From positions 1 through 64,000 of the forward strand of contig CBFIGY010000006.1 in the NCBI GenBank assembly GCA_965662235.1: a stretch of DNA of 64,000 bases. Reading direction: 5' to 3'. Shown piece after piece: positions 1 through 10,101 of this stretch. Numbering within the stretch: position 1 is the first letter of the stretch; each line of letters opens with the position of its first letter. A program made the position numbers and the translations under genes. The stretch is from an uncultured bacterium (GTDB lineage: Bacteria; SAR324; NAC60-12). The notes beneath the pieces are model-generated. The model was not told where the DNA came from and did no database searches. It saw nothing but the letters and a program-made list of their open reading frames with translations.

Positions 1-345
1 ACCTGATTCGCAAGATCGTGATTGCGACTGGGGAAGTGACGACTCTTGCTGGAACTGCTGGCATACCAGGATATGCCGACGGTACCGGGACCTTTGCACA
101 GTTTAATAAGCCTAGTGGCATCACGAGTGATGGGACAAACCTCTATGTTGCAGACACGGACAACCACCTGATTCGTAAGATCGTGATTGCGACTGGGGCC
201 GTGACGACTCTTGCTGGAGATGGCACACAAGGATCTGCCGACGGTACCGGGACCTTTGCAAAGTTTAAGAAGCCTACTGGCATCGTGAGTGATGGGGCAA
301 GTCTCTATGTTGTAGATTCATACAATAAACTGATTCGTAAGATTG
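1..345 (+). repeat. Intragenic tandem repeat, ~162-165 bp period (NHL units)
   Basis: ACCTGATTCG(C/T)AAGATCGTGATTGCGACTGGGG recurs at 1 and 166; a partial third copy starts near 328. Confidence 0.85.
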
Positions 346-350
346 AGTAA
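1..350 (+). CDS. NHL-repeat (beta-propeller) protein, C-terminal part; gene starts upstream of the window
   Basis: Frame open from position 3. Repeated units LIRKIVIATGxVTTLAG...ADGTGTFAxFxKPxGIxSDGxxLYVxD are typical of NHL repeats. Stop TAA at 348-350. Confidence 0.85.
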   Translation, partial: LIRKIVIATGEVTTLAGTAGIPGYADGTGTFAQFNKPSGITSDGTNLYVADTDNHLIRKIVIATGAVTTLAGDGTQGSADGTGTFAKFKKPTGIVSDGASLYVVDSYNKLIRKIE

Positions 351-373
351 CGGCTTCTCTTGAGTCAATCCCT

Positions 374-406
374 CTTGGGCTGAAACGGTTCAGCCCAAGG
401 GTTTTT
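374..406 (+). terminator. Rho-independent terminator after the NHL gene
   Basis: Perfect 11-bp stem CTTGGGCTGAA/TTCAGCCCAAG with a 4-nt loop, followed by GGTTTTT. Confidence 0.85.
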
Positions 407-449
407 CATCACTTCATTTTGAAATTCAGCTACCACTCAACGGAGCCCC

Positions 450-1589
450 ATGTCCCTGACGGAAATTCGTCTAAGAGAGCTGCCCATCTATGAGAATCCG
501 GTTGAGATTGTCAACGTGATGAGGCGTCTGTTCCAGCAGCCCAAGACTCAGTTCAATTCGGCCAAGCGCCGGACCGTGATGAGTTCTGCACTCAAAGGCG
601 TGGGGCAATCGCTCTCGCACAAGCCGCTTCCTGAAGCCTCGGGTCCGGACGCTGCCGGTCTGCGCCTTGCGGAGGTGCTGGGGAGCGATGCGCAGGAACT
701 GGCGCGACACCTGATCAGTGATCCTTGGGCACTGGATGCCCGGACCGAGATGCTGATGATGTTCTCCGGAAGCGCCATCAAGGAGAACGTTGCCGCGTTG
801 ATGGATGCGACCCTGCTGGCTCACGTCAACAACCTCGACCCCACCCAGGCCCGGCAGCCGTCTCTTTACCTCGCAGCCCTCCTGCAGAACCGTTTGCTCT
901 CAGCCCTCTATGAAGCTCTGAAGGACGATGAGATGCGCTTGGCGGTGGAAGCTGACCGTGATGAGCGGGCCAAAACCCAGCTTCAGCAGCTCCGGAATGG
1001 ACGTGCCTTCTTGGCAGAGTTGGTCCACATCCTCAAGGTCACCAGCGGCAATGGTCCGGTTGCACTGAAGCATAAGGAGATTGCTTTTGGAGGAACGCCG
1101 AGTACGGACCTGCAGCAGCAGATCGACAGCCTCCTGCAACTTTTTGCCATCCTTCCATTGCTCCGCGAACAGCAGCAGCAGCTCATCGACGCCGTCAAGA
1201 GTGCGGATAAAAAATCCCTGCTGGCCAACTTCCATGAAGCCGAGTACCGCCGCATTGACATTGAAATCATCCAGCTGCAGAACCGGTTTCTCAAGAAACC
1301 AGAACTGACTGAGCAGACCTCGAAGTTGATCCAGGAGGCCCTGCAGTTCTCCCAACAGAATGCGGACAACGTTGGTGTGGCTCCCAAGCCCGGTTTCGAA
1401 ACGGGGTGTCTGCTGCAATTGGCGTCGCTGTGTACCAAAGCGCTGATCCAGGTCAAACGCAGCGGAGAGGCGATTCCGGACAGCCTGAGCACCCTCTCCA
1501 AGAAATCCATTGAGGCGCTGCGGGGGCGTTCCGACGATCCGCGTGTCGCCCGTACCATCAACCAGTTGGTAAAGGCATCCGGAGGCTGA
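450..1589 (+). CDS. Hypothetical, predicted mostly alpha-helical protein (379 aa)
   Basis: Long ORF with GGAG just upstream of the ATG and genome-typical codon usage; no recognisable motif. Confidence 0.75.
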   Translation: MSLTEIRLRELPIYENPVEIVNVMRRLFQQPKTQFNSAKRRTVMSSALKGVGQSLSHKPLPEASGPDAAGLRLAEVLGSDAQELARHLISDPWALDARTEMLMMFSGSAIKENVAALMDATLLAHVNNLDPTQARQPSLYLAALLQNRLLSALYEALKDDEMRLAVEADRDERAKTQLQQLRNGRAFLAELVHILKVTSGNGPVALKHKEIAFGGTPSTDLQQQIDSLLQLFAILPLLREQQQQLIDAVKSADKKSLLANFHEAEYRRIDIEIIQLQNRFLKKPELTEQTSKLIQEALQFSQQNADNVGVAPKPGFETGCLLQLASLCTKALIQVKRSGEAIPDSLSTLSKKSIEALRGRSDDPRVARTINQLVKASGG

Positions 1590-1595
1590 GTGATG

Positions 1596-1622
1596 AGCCC
1601 CGTTCTTCTGGAAGGGGCTTTC
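1596..1622 (+). terminator. Possible terminator hairpin
   Basis: AGCCCC...GGGGCT stem followed by only a short T run, directly after the stop codon at 1589. Confidence 0.4.
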
Positions 1623-2147
1623 TCAGCCATGCATCACTGTCCAAATTTCAGGAGTGGTGCATCACCAGCTAAGGTTCACTGTTTGTGCATCTGTGTGCCC
1701 TGCTGCCAACCCGGGAAATCCGTCCCCAACTGTTGCACACTCTGCTGCACACCGGTGAATTGCAGTTTTAGACTGCTGAAATCTGTGTGGAATTAGCGAA
1801 GCAAAGAACTGAAAATTCTTTGCATGCTCCCCGAATTCTAAAAACCCCCAACAATTTCAATTGAGTCAATTCAAGCAGCAGAGTGCTGTTTTCGGTCGTT
1901 CTGCGTGCTGTGTGACAGTAAAATGCAATGAGTTACAGACACTTAGCTTGTTGCTAGCATGTCCCAGCACAGTTCGACAGTAAAAATCAAAGTCGGTGCA
2001 AATGGCTGCTGTGAAGAGGGGCTTGCACGAAAAAGTGACCGCTTGCGGATTTTTCCCGGCAAGTACTTATGGAGTGAGAGTGGTGATTTTGCGCAGGTAG
2101 GGATGCTGTCGCTGAAAGACAGCTGCTGCTGAACTGGAGACGGTCGC

Positions 2148-3059
2148 CTAAGCAGACACGACGACAAGGTGCTCCGGAGTCAAGGACGCCTCCCCCTGCC
2201 AGCAGTAAGCCGCGAGGTGACCGTTCCGGGCGACACTTAGGTCTAGGCAACAGAGGTTCGGACGAACCAAGGGAGTACGGAGCCAGTAGTGCCCAAAGAA
2301 CACGGGCGGGGCTCCCGTGTACCGGTAGGCGTCTGCCGCCTGCAAGATGCTTTGCTGACGTTCAGGGTCCGTTAAGGTGAGTTGACCTGCATCAAAGAGC
2401 ACGTCGGCCGGAGTTTGAGGAGCGTCCGCCCACCAGCGGATTCGACACTCGTGGCGGCGGTGTCCATCCCCGTCGGTGAAGAAGTCGGCTTTCAAGTCAT
2501 ACTCAGGCCCCTTGAGCAGAACCTCTAGGTCGGGGCTGGTGGCAAGCGCAGACCACCCTTCTGGCGAAACCCGACCCTGGGCATCCACCCAACCGGTTGC
2601 GTGAAGCCTCTTCTGAGCCGGTTCATGCCAGCACGCATGCACGGCACGCACGCCCCCCAGGTCGAGCCAAAGAGGCAGCGTCTTGAACCAGGCAATTACC
2701 GACGCCCACCCAGCAGGATCCCCCTCATGCTCCCGGAGAAAGGCCTGATGCTGTTTCCAGTTCTTACGAGAGTGAGGACGCAGGTAGTCCTTTCCGTCCG
2801 GAGTGGCGTAGCCAATGGCATTGAACTCATGGTTCCCCATGAGCGCCTGAGCGCTTCCCGCTTCAACCATGCTCCGGACCACCTCCAGCGTCCGACGCTG
2901 CTCCGGGCCTCGGTCAATGTAATCGCCCAGAAAAATCACCTGACGTTCTGGATCCGGTGAACGATACGTCCCCTGCGTCCACTGGTAACCCAGCCGCGCC
3001 AGCAAACGTTCCAGGGACTCTGCGTGTCCGTGCAGGTCTCCAATCAGGTCGTACTTCAT
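2148..3059 (-). CDS. Calcineurin-like metallophosphoesterase (ApaH/PPP-like)
   Basis: Motifs IGDLHGH, FLGDYIDRG, MGNHE and FFGHYW. Start re-assigned to MKYDLIGD (ATG at 3059). Confidence 0.85.
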   Translation of the reverse strand: MKYDLIGDLHGHAESLERLLARLGYQWTQGTYRSPDPERQVIFLGDYIDRGPEQRRTLEVVRSMVEAGSAQALMGNHEFNAIGYATPDGKDYLRPHSRKNWKQHQAFLREHEGDPAGWASVIAWFKTLPLWLDLGGVRAVHACWHEPAQKRLHATGWVDAQGRVSPEGWSALATSPDLEVLLKGPEYDLKADFFTDGDGHRRHECRIRWWADAPQTPADVLFDAGQLTLTDPERQQSILQAADAYRYTGAPPVFFGHYWLRTPLVRPNLCCLDLSVARNGHLAAYCWQGEASLTPEHLVVVSA

Positions 3060-3088
3060 CGTTGGTTGGACGTCATGGTTGAAGAGGG

Positions 3089-4207
3089 TCAGACGCGCTG
3101 GGCGCCAGCAGCGAGGGTGGCCAGCTTCGCCCATGCAATCTCCGGGTCCACGGCGCCGAAGCCGGCAAAGGTGCCAAAGCCACAATCAGAGCCCGCGAGG
3201 ACCCGCTCTGGGCCCACAATGTCAACAAACCGCTCCAGCCTCTGCCGAACCAGTTCCGGATGCTCAACAAAGTTGGTGGTGGTATCGACAACGCCGGGCA
3301 CCAGCACCTTGTCTTCAGGAATGTCAGCAGCCCGATCCCGGAACACGGTCCATTCGTGCCCATGTCGTGGATTGGCAGTCTCAAACAGCAGGTACTGCGC
3401 CGGAACCGTCATGAGAGTATCGAAGACCTTGGCCATGTCAATGTCACAGATGTGGGGGCCCTCATAGTTCCCCCAGCAGATGTGCAGGCGGATGCGTTCC
3501 TGCGGGAGTCCTTCAAGTGCCGACCGTAATGCCTCCACGTGCAACGCCGCAATCTGCAGGAAGGCCTCATCCGATTGATCCGCAAAGAGCATGTGCCGCG
3601 ACAGCGCCAGGTCCGGACAGTCCAGTTGCAGGTACAGCCCTGCATCGAGAATGGTCCGGTACTCGTCCGCCATTGCTGTTGCGAGTGCCTGAAGGTAGGC
3701 CTCGCGGCTCGGGTAGTAATCGTTGGGCAGGAACAGCGAAATGACCCCCGGAGAGGCGGCATTCATGAAGCCTTCCTCTGCGCCATGCTGCGCCATCGCC
3801 GCCTTGAGGTTCGCAATGTCCTTCTGCAGCTCGCCCTGTCCCCGAGACCGGACCTCTCCCACACACATCGGGCGCGCATAGGTGGGGGTGCCTCCGGACT
3901 GAGCAATGCGTTCCAGGAAGCTGGGGAAGCGCAGCAGGTCCGCCGGAGCCTTCCGGGGACTGTCGCCCTCAAAACCCGTGTAGCGGTCCTTGACGTAAGT
4001 GGCATAACTGATCTTCGAGGTCTCTCCATCGGAGACCACCTCAATCCCGGCCTCCACCTGACGTCGCACAACCTCTGCAACTGCCTCCGTCATGCAGGCG
4101 TCAAACGCGTCTGGGGAAAACGCCTCTCCGCGCTCACGGAGGAACAGGAAATCGACCACTTTTTGACTGCGTGGCAGGCTGCCGACGTGCGTGGTGGGAA
4201 CAGGCAT
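3089..4207 (-). CDS. Cobalamin-independent methionine synthase II (MetE C-terminal-like) family Zn enzyme
   Basis: TTHVGSLPR start, SDGE, HICWGN (HxC Zn ligands) and DCGFGTF. Single-barrel length of 372 aa. Confidence 0.85.
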   Translation of the reverse strand: MPVPTTHVGSLPRSQKVVDFLFLRERGEAFSPDAFDACMTEAVAEVVRRQVEAGIEVVSDGETSKISYATYVKDRYTGFEGDSPRKAPADLLRFPSFLERIAQSGGTPTYARPMCVGEVRSRGQGELQKDIANLKAAMAQHGAEEGFMNAASPGVISLFLPNDYYPSREAYLQALATAMADEYRTILDAGLYLQLDCPDLALSRHMLFADQSDEAFLQIAALHVEALRSALEGLPQERIRLHICWGNYEGPHICDIDMAKVFDTLMTVPAQYLLFETANPRHGHEWTVFRDRAADIPEDKVLVPGVVDTTTNFVEHPELVRQRLERFVDIVGPERVLAGSDCGFGTFAGFGAVDPEIAWAKLATLAAGAQRV

Positions 4208-5193
4208 CAGGCTCCTTGAGATGAAGGTGAAAGGGATTGGGTCGGTCCAGCCGGATCACCGGTCTGGAAGATGCGGAACAGACTGGCTTCACCACTGACA
4301 GACGGCGCCAGCGTGTGTGAAAGTCCCGGAGGCAGCAGGCAGGTGTCGCCCGGGTTCAGGATCGCGGTGCCTTCGTCGCAACTCAGGCGCCAGTGCCCCC
4401 GCATCGGCATCAGCACCTCGTGCTGGTCCCGGCTTCGTGGCGCCTCCGGTTCCGATCCGCGGGTCAGGAATTCCACTTCAAACCCAGGACGGTCCCGCAG
4501 CCAGCCTTCCGGACCAATCACCGTGACCGGTTTCTTGCGGGCGAGGGCCATCAGGTCCCAGTAGCGGGCAACGAAGTGTGGCACCACTTCTTCAGGTCCG
4601 GGCTCGGGAAAGGCCTTCAGTTCGTCTTCTGACAGCAGGGGCATTGGTCGGAGGCCTTCCGGAAGCGCCTGTCCCTTCTTCTGGTCATACAGCACTCCGT
4701 TCTCCCCCAGAATCAGGCCGTAATCCTGCGCGGCTTCAATCACCTGAGGGGCCCAGATGACCCCGCCTCCGGCATCATTTCCTCCAAGGATCGACATGAT
4801 CATCCCGTAGTCGGAGCCGATGTTTTCGAACCCCCGGAAGATGCCTGTGGGAATGTTGAACAGGTCCCCTTCTTCCAGCACCACCTCTCCGGCCTGTCCC
4901 CAACGTCCCCAGAAGAAGCGCCACCGCCCTTTCAGGACAAAGAAGACCTCGGCGGTCCGGTGGCTGTGCAGGGAGTTGAGGCACTTGGGAGGCTGTCCGG
5001 CCGCGCCAATGTTGAAGCCCGGAGTCTCCCGCAGGTGAACGTGCTGGTCTGGACTCTCTGACACGCCACCGCCAATGATGGTGAAGTTTTCCTTCTGGTC
5101 GCTTCCGGGGGTGTACGCGTCAATGAAGGCGCTCTTGCAGGGACGGAGCTCGCCGAAGCGAACAATGCGGGCCTCAAGTTCCAAAGGGGTCAT
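4207..5193 (-). CDS. Bicupin-domain protein
   Basis: HSHRTAEVFFVLKG...GDLFNIPTG and a second cupin HEVLMPMRG...PGDTCLLPPGLSH. TGATG overlap with the downstream gene. Confidence 0.8.
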   Translation of the reverse strand: MTPLELEARIVRFGELRPCKSAFIDAYTPGSDQKENFTIIGGGVSESPDQHVHLRETPGFNIGAAGQPPKCLNSLHSHRTAEVFFVLKGRWRFFWGRWGQAGEVVLEEGDLFNIPTGIFRGFENIGSDYGMIMSILGGNDAGGGVIWAPQVIEAAQDYGLILGENGVLYDQKKGQALPEGLRPMPLLSEDELKAFPEPGPEEVVPHFVARYWDLMALARKKPVTVIGPEGWLRDRPGFEVEFLTRGSEPEAPRSRDQHEVLMPMRGHWRLSCDEGTAILNPGDTCLLPPGLSHTLAPSVSGEASLFRIFQTGDPAGPTQSLSPSSQGA

Positions 5194-5225
5194 GCCAAAG
5201 CCTTGTCAGGAGAAAGCGGGAAGGG

Positions 5226-6200
5226 TTACACGCGTCCGGAACCGAGGAGGATCTGTTTCCAAACAGCGGTTTCGTCAAAAAGCACAAACTCGCGCCGGAT
5301 GCCTCGAGGGCCAAACTCGACTTGACTGATGCCGAGCACATACACCTCCACTCCGGTGGGGGCGCCAAACGTGCCCCAGCCCGAATGAGTCCCATGGAGC
5401 GACCAACGCACGGCCGCTCGTGGAGGCAGCAGCGGGTCCTCTCGTCCGATCACATGGTCCACTTGAAACGTTGCATTGGGGAAGGCAGAGCGCAGGCTCA
5501 TCCAGAAGTGGTCTGCAGCGGCGTGTCCGTGAGCGGTGATGCCTCCGGGATGCTCAAGCTGGCAGGCCCGGTCGTAGGTCTGGGGAAGAGCGGCAAAATC
5601 CGCTTGCATCAGGCGGGTCAGCAGGTCCACGTAGCGGGCGCCCCACTCGTTGGTGTTGCCTCGTCCGGTGTAGGGTCCGGGCGAGTCGGTTTCAGGGCAG
5701 AGGGGGCGGTGGGCGTGTTCCGGGCCGCCTTCCTGCTGAATCTGCTCCCGGGCGTAGTCTTCTGGCGTGGTTCCAAGCTGGCGGACAATTGCCCCTTGGT
5801 CCCGGATGAGCCACTCGTCATCAATCTGATTGGCCTTGGCGTGGCAGTCGGCAATGATCCGGTAACGGAACTTCCGCCCGGACGCAGGGCCATAGACACC
5901 GGAACCGCTGTGGGTCGCCGTTGAGAGAATCCGGTGCGAGGAGAGCATTCCGTCTTCCGGAGTTCCGGACCAGATGACGTCTTCTCCAAGCAGCTGACGG
6001 TCCGGAAATTCGGCGAGGGTGGCCATGGTCGCAGCAATGACCCCTTGGTTCCCGATCACCACTCCGGCGGGAGAGCGCACCACAATTTCTGGCGCATAGT
6101 ACCGGTGCAGCGTCGAAAGGCCCCGGTCTTCCCAGATCTCCCGGGTGATGCCAAGGATGTAGTCGGGGAAATCCTGAAACTGATCGTCAAACCCGTGCAT
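5226..6200 (-). CDS. SnoaL-like/ester cyclase (NTF2-fold) two-domain protein
   Basis: Two units containing AEFPD/SAFPN, THSG...G.P.G and DEW/EF C-terminal strands. Start re-assigned to MHGFDD (6200). Confidence 0.8.
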   Translation of the reverse strand: MHGFDDQFQDFPDYILGITREIWEDRGLSTLHRYYAPEIVVRSPAGVVIGNQGVIAATMATLAEFPDRQLLGEDVIWSGTPEDGMLSSHRILSTATHSGSGVYGPASGRKFRYRIIADCHAKANQIDDEWLIRDQGAIVRQLGTTPEDYAREQIQQEGGPEHAHRPLCPETDSPGPYTGRGNTNEWGARYVDLLTRLMQADFAALPQTYDRACQLEHPGGITAHGHAAADHFWMSLRSAFPNATFQVDHVIGREDPLLPPRAAVRWSLHGTHSGWGTFGAPTGVEVYVLGISQVEFGPRGIRREFVLFDETAVWKQILLGSGRV

Positions 6201-7215
6201 GTGATTCCTTTGGAAGGCGCGCAGAGCATCGCACCACCAGCGGACCTTCCAAGCGGACCTTCTGGGGTGCCGAGGTGGTGCCGTCAATGCGGCTCAGCAG
6301 CGTTTCCACGGTCGTGGACACCATTTGCTCCAGTGGCTGCCGGACCGTGGTCAGTTGATACGGCGCCCAGGCTGCCAAGGGAACGTCGTCGTAGCCAATA
6401 ACAGAAACCTCTTCCGGAATCCGGAGCCTGCGTTCGTAGCGCAGGTAATCCATCACGGCAAAGGCCATGTGGTCGTTTCCGACAAACAGTGCATCCGGAG
6501 GCTCCGCACAGGCAAACAGGTCGGCTGCGGCCCGCACTGCGGCTTCCTGTTGATAGAGGCCATCAACAATGGCGAAGGGTTCCTGACCGGCACGTTGGAG
6601 GCCTTGGCGGAAGCCCTCGGCCCGGTCCCGTCCGGTAGAAGCGCCTTGCCAGCCGGCAATGTGAGCGATGCGGCGGTGTCCACCAGCGATCAGGAACTCG
6701 GCCACCCGCTGGCCGCCCAGCAGGTTGTCAGACGTGACCTCGTTCAAGCGCCGGTCTTCCTGTCCTCGGTTGAAGAGCACAACCGGAATGCCTGCGGTGT
6801 CGCACCGAGTGGTCAGGGGGTTGCTCATGGAAACTGAGGCGGCAATGATGCCGTCTACCTGGTAGTCGAGCAACTGCTGAATCACCGCGTCCACATCCGA
6901 TTCCTGGTTGGACGCCATGAAGATGAGGACGTGGTAGTCACGCTGCTGCAGGGCACGACTGAGTTGCTCCAGCGCCTCCGGGTAAAACTGATTCTCGAGG
7001 TAAGCAACCACCAGCCCCACCATTCGGGTCCGCCCTGTGATGAGGGACCGGGCCAGCATGTTCGGCCGGTACCCCAGCTTCTGCGCTGCCGCCCGCACCT
7101 TCTGGGTCATCTCCGCTGAGACACTGGCACCGGGAGTGAAGACGCGGCTGACCGCAGACTGGCTGACTCCCGCCAGGCGGGCTACGTCAGAGGAGGTGAT
7201 TCGATCGTAAGCCAT
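6187..7215 (-). CDS. LacI-family transcriptional regulator
   Basis: ITSSDVARLAGVSQSAVSRVF HTH, LGYRPN hinge, and VSVIGYDD / LTTVRQP in the ligand-binding domain. Confidence 0.95.
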   Translation of the reverse strand: MAYDRITSSDVARLAGVSQSAVSRVFTPGASVSAEMTQKVRAAAQKLGYRPNMLARSLITGRTRMVGLVVAYLENQFYPEALEQLSRALQQRDYHVLIFMASNQESDVDAVIQQLLDYQVDGIIAASVSMSNPLTTRCDTAGIPVVLFNRGQEDRRLNEVTSDNLLGGQRVAEFLIAGGHRRIAHIAGWQGASTGRDRAEGFRQGLQRAGQEPFAIVDGLYQQEAAVRAAADLFACAEPPDALFVGNDHMAFAVMDYLRYERRLRIPEEVSVIGYDDVPLAAWAPYQLTTVRQPLEQMVSTTVETLLSRIDGTTSAPQKVRLEGPLVVRCSARLPKESHARV

Positions 7216-7223
7216 GAGTTCCG

Positions 7224-7991
7224 TTAATCGGCTGTCCAGCCACCGTCCACCAGCAGGGAGGTCCCGGTGATCAACGCTGAAGCGTCTGACGCGAGGAACA
7301 CCACAGGGCCCATAACGTCCTCCACTTCGCCCACGCGGCCCAGCTTGATCATCTGCTCAATCCACGCCCGCCGCTCCGGAATGGCCAGGGTTTGCTCGGC
7401 GAGCGGTGTCCGGATGAAGGTGGGGCACAGCGTGTTGACACGAATGCCGTGCTGGCCCCACTCAATGGCCATGGCCTTGGTCATGCCCTCTAGCCCGTGC
7501 TTGGACGCGCAGTAGACCGCACGATCCACCCCGCCAACGTGCCCCATCTGGCTGGAAATGTTGATGAGGCTACCGGGACGTCCGACCTCCTTCAGTCCTC
7601 GGGCCACCTCTCGCGTGAGGAAGTAGGCGGCCTTGAGGTTGAGGTCCATCACCGCGTCATAGTCCGCGACCTCTGTTTCCAGCGCCGGCGTGTGCCGAGC
7701 CAGTCCAGCTGAATTGACCAGGAGGTCAAACGGCGGCTGCTCAGCCAGCCACGTCCGGACGGCTTCCAGGTCGGTGACATCTAGGGCCTGGGGCTCAGCC
7801 GAAAATCCGGTTTCCTGCAGCGCCTGTGTCAAAGCCTGCAGGGGTTCCAGACGCCGAGCAACCGCAGTGACGGCGGCTCCGGCCTGAGCCAAAGCGACGG
7901 CACTCGCGAGGCCAATTCCAGACGAGGCCCCCGTCACCAGGGCACGTTTGCCGTCGAGGCGAAACGAGGGCGTTTGCGGCAACGGAGTCAT
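7224..7991 (-). CDS. Short-chain dehydrogenase/reductase (HpsO-like)
   Basis: [16 protein letters not shown] and YCASK motifs. Start [10 protein letters not shown] overlaps the stop of the upstream gene. Confidence 0.9.
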   Translation of the reverse strand: MTPLPQTPSFRLDGKRALVTGASSGIGLASAVALAQAGAAVTAVARRLEPLQALTQALQETGFSAEPQALDVTDLEAVRTWLAEQPPFDLLVNSAGLARHTPALETEVADYDAVMDLNLKAAYFLTREVARGLKEVGRPGSLINISSQMGHVGGVDRAVYCASKHGLEGMTKAMAIEWGQHGIRVNTLCPTFIRTPLAEQTLAIPERRAWIEQMIKLGRVGEVEDVMGPVVFLASDASALITGTSLLVDGGWTAD

Positions 7992-9298
7992 TCGGCAGGT
8001 GCTCCGTAGGGGACGTCTTTCTTGCCGTAACGGCGCACCCGGACGTTGCACTGCTCAGCGTGACCCACAAAGCCTTCCATCATGCACAAGCGCGAGCCAT
8101 ACTCGCCGACCAGCGTGGCGGCTTCATCGGTGAGCACCTTCTGGTAGCTGTGCGTCTTCAGGAACTTTCCAACCCAGAGGCCGCCCGTGTAGCGTCCGGC
8201 TTTTTTCGTGGGCAGGGTGTGGTTGGTGCCAATCACCTTGTCGCCGTTCGAGACGTTGGTCCGGGGACCAAGGAAGAGGGCGCCGTAGGAGTGCATGTGC
8301 TCCAGGTACCAGTCATCTCGGTCCGTCATGACCTGCACGTGCTCAGAGGCAATATCGTTGGCCACCTCAAGCATTTCTTCATGGGTGCTGCAGACGATGA
8401 CTTCGCCGTAGTCCCGCCAGCTGGCGGCTGCCGTCTCTGCCGTGGGAAGAATCGTCAGCAGGCGCTCCACCTCCTGCAGGGTTTCCTGAGCGAGCTTCTG
8501 GCTGTTGGTCACCAGCACCGCCGGTGAGTTGTAACCGTGTTCCGCCTGCCCCAGTAGGTCCGTGGCGCACATCTCTGCGTCCACCGTCTCATCCGCAATG
8601 ACCATGGTCTCAGTGGGACCGGCAAACAGGTCGATGCCCACGCGTCCGAACAGCTGTCGTTTGGCTTCTGCGACGTAGGCGTTTCCGGGCCCCACCAGCA
8701 TGTCGACCGGCTGAATCGATTCCGTTCCCAAGGCCATGGCGCCGACCGCCTGCACTCCACCGAGGACGTAGATCTCGTGTGCACCTCCCAGGTGCATGGC
8801 AGCGACAATGGCCGGGTGAGGTTCGCCATTGACTGGAGGTGCAGCTGCAATGATCCGGGGCACTCCAGCGACCGAAGCCGTCAGGACTGACATGTGGGCA
8901 GAGGCAATCATCGGGAACTTTCCTCCCGGAACGTAGCACCCGACGGACTGCACTGGGATGTTCCGGTGCCCCAGAATGACTCCCGGAAGCGTTTCCACCT
9001 CAATGTCCTGCATCGACGCCTTCTGGGCCTCGGCAAAGCGGCGAATCTGCTCCTGCGCAAAACGGATGTCGGCGAGGTCGCGCTCGCTGACCTTGGCCAG
9101 TGCGGCTTGAATGTCGGCGTCGGTCAACCGGAAGCTCTCCGGAGAGTAGCTGTCAAACTTTTCGGAAAGGTCTCGGACCGCTGCGTCGCCCCGTTCCTCG
9201 ATGTCCTGAAGGATCGAGGCCACGACGGTTTGAACCTGGGCATCGTCTTCGGCTCGTTCAGCGGCACTCTTGCCATGCTTAAGGTACTCAATGGCCAT
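7988..9298 (-). CDS. Histidinol dehydrogenase-like NAD+ dehydrogenase (HpsN-related paralogue, probably not biosynthetic HisD)
   Basis: [29 protein letters not shown] and [16 protein letters not shown] replaces the GDY of biosynthetic HisD, as in HpsN. Catabolic gene context. Confidence 0.85.
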   Translation of the reverse strand: MAIEYLKHGKSAAERAEDDAQVQTVVASILQDIEERGDAAVRDLSEKFDSYSPESFRLTDADIQAALAKVSERDLADIRFAQEQIRRFAEAQKASMQDIEVETLPGVILGHRNIPVQSVGCYVPGGKFPMIASAHMSVLTASVAGVPRIIAAAPPVNGEPHPAIVAAMHLGGAHEIYVLGGVQAVGAMALGTESIQPVDMLVGPGNAYVAEAKRQLFGRVGIDLFAGPTETMVIADETVDAEMCATDLLGQAEHGYNSPAVLVTNSQKLAQETLQEVERLLTILPTAETAAASWRDYGEVIVCSTHEEMLEVANDIASEHVQVMTDRDDWYLEHMHSYGALFLGPRTNVSNGDKVIGTNHTLPTKKAGRYTGGLWVGKFLKTHSYQKVLTDEAATLVGEYGSRLCMMEGFVGHAEQCNVRVRRYGKKDVPYGAPAE

Positions 9299-9366
9299 TG
9301 GAATCGACTCCTGATCAGAAAGGGTTGCAGGGAGCGCAGGCGCAACGCCTGCCACAACAAAACGCG

Positions 9367-10071
9367 TCAGTGAAGGTCAGAAGAGCGGGCCAGGGCCTGC
9401 CGCAGCACCTCTACAGAGAAGTCCGAACGCTTGCAGGCGTCCAGAATGACCTGCTCGCGACGGGTGAGGAGGTCGATGCACTCCGGAAGCCTGTCGGCGA
9501 CCTCATGTGGAATCACCACGGCGCCATGACGATCGGCATGCAGCAGGTCATTGTGCTGAACCTGCATTCCAAAGATGTTGACCTCGACTCCGGAATCTTC
9601 AACGTGCACCCACCCGTGGCTGGGGCCCACCTGTCCTCCGAGCAGCTGGAAGCCTTCCGCGAGCACATCCAGGTCCCGGATGCTGCCGTTGGTGACCGCA
9701 CCGAGGGCGCCGAGGGCCTTGTGCACGTTGGTGTGGACTTCCCCCCAGTGTGCGCCAAATCCGGGGGTGGCGTCCAGATCCTGCACCACAATGATGGTTG
9801 GCAACGGAGGCTGAGCGCAGTACTCGTAGTACTTAAGGGCATTGGCCCGTTTGCGTTGCGGGTCCACCGCATGCGTGGCTCGGATGGTGGCGGTCCGGGC
9901 GTAGCCCACCATCGGTGGCAGTTCCGGGCGGGCACAGACCAGTTGCTGGGTCGTAAAGCCGGTCGTCCGCCGTTCCGGGGCGGCCAGCTCCAGCGCATTG
10001 CAGATGGTCGGGGTGTCAAACTGCCGCAGGTGCGCCAGCAGGGTTTCAGGGTGCAGGGATTCAGCGCTCAT
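9367..10071 (-). CDS. RraA-family protein (HMG/CHA aldolase-like)
   Basis: [20 protein letters not shown]-x20-RD and [14 protein letters not shown]. Confidence 0.85.
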   Translation of the reverse strand: MSAESLHPETLLAHLRQFDTPTICNALELAAPERRTTGFTTQQLVCARPELPPMVGYARTATIRATHAVDPQRKRANALKYYEYCAQPPLPTIIVVQDLDATPGFGAHWGEVHTNVHKALGALGAVTNGSIRDLDVLAEGFQLLGGQVGPSHGWVHVEDSGVEVNIFGMQVQHNDLLHADRHGAVVIPHEVADRLPECIDLLTRREQVILDACKRSDFSVEVLRQALARSSDLH

Positions 10072-10101
10072 GAGGGCTCCTTCAGGTCAAGATCAAACAC
10101 G

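Noticed and set aside
1..345. Repeats as a CRISPR array or mobile element
   Set aside because: They are in-frame ~55-codon protein repeats with no unique spacers and no cas genes.
1918..1950. dif or oriC-like site in the long intergenic gap
   Set aside because: No convincing XerC/XerD arms and no TTATCCACA DnaA boxes.
3089..4207. Calling this gene metE
   Set aside because: Half the length of MetE, lacks the N-terminal barrel, and sits in a catabolic operon.
7988..9298. Calling this gene biosynthetic hisD or bona fide hpsN
   Set aside because: No his genes nearby and GDK instead of GDY argue against HisD. The sequence and neighbours differ from the DHPS locus I recall, so hpsN is unproven.
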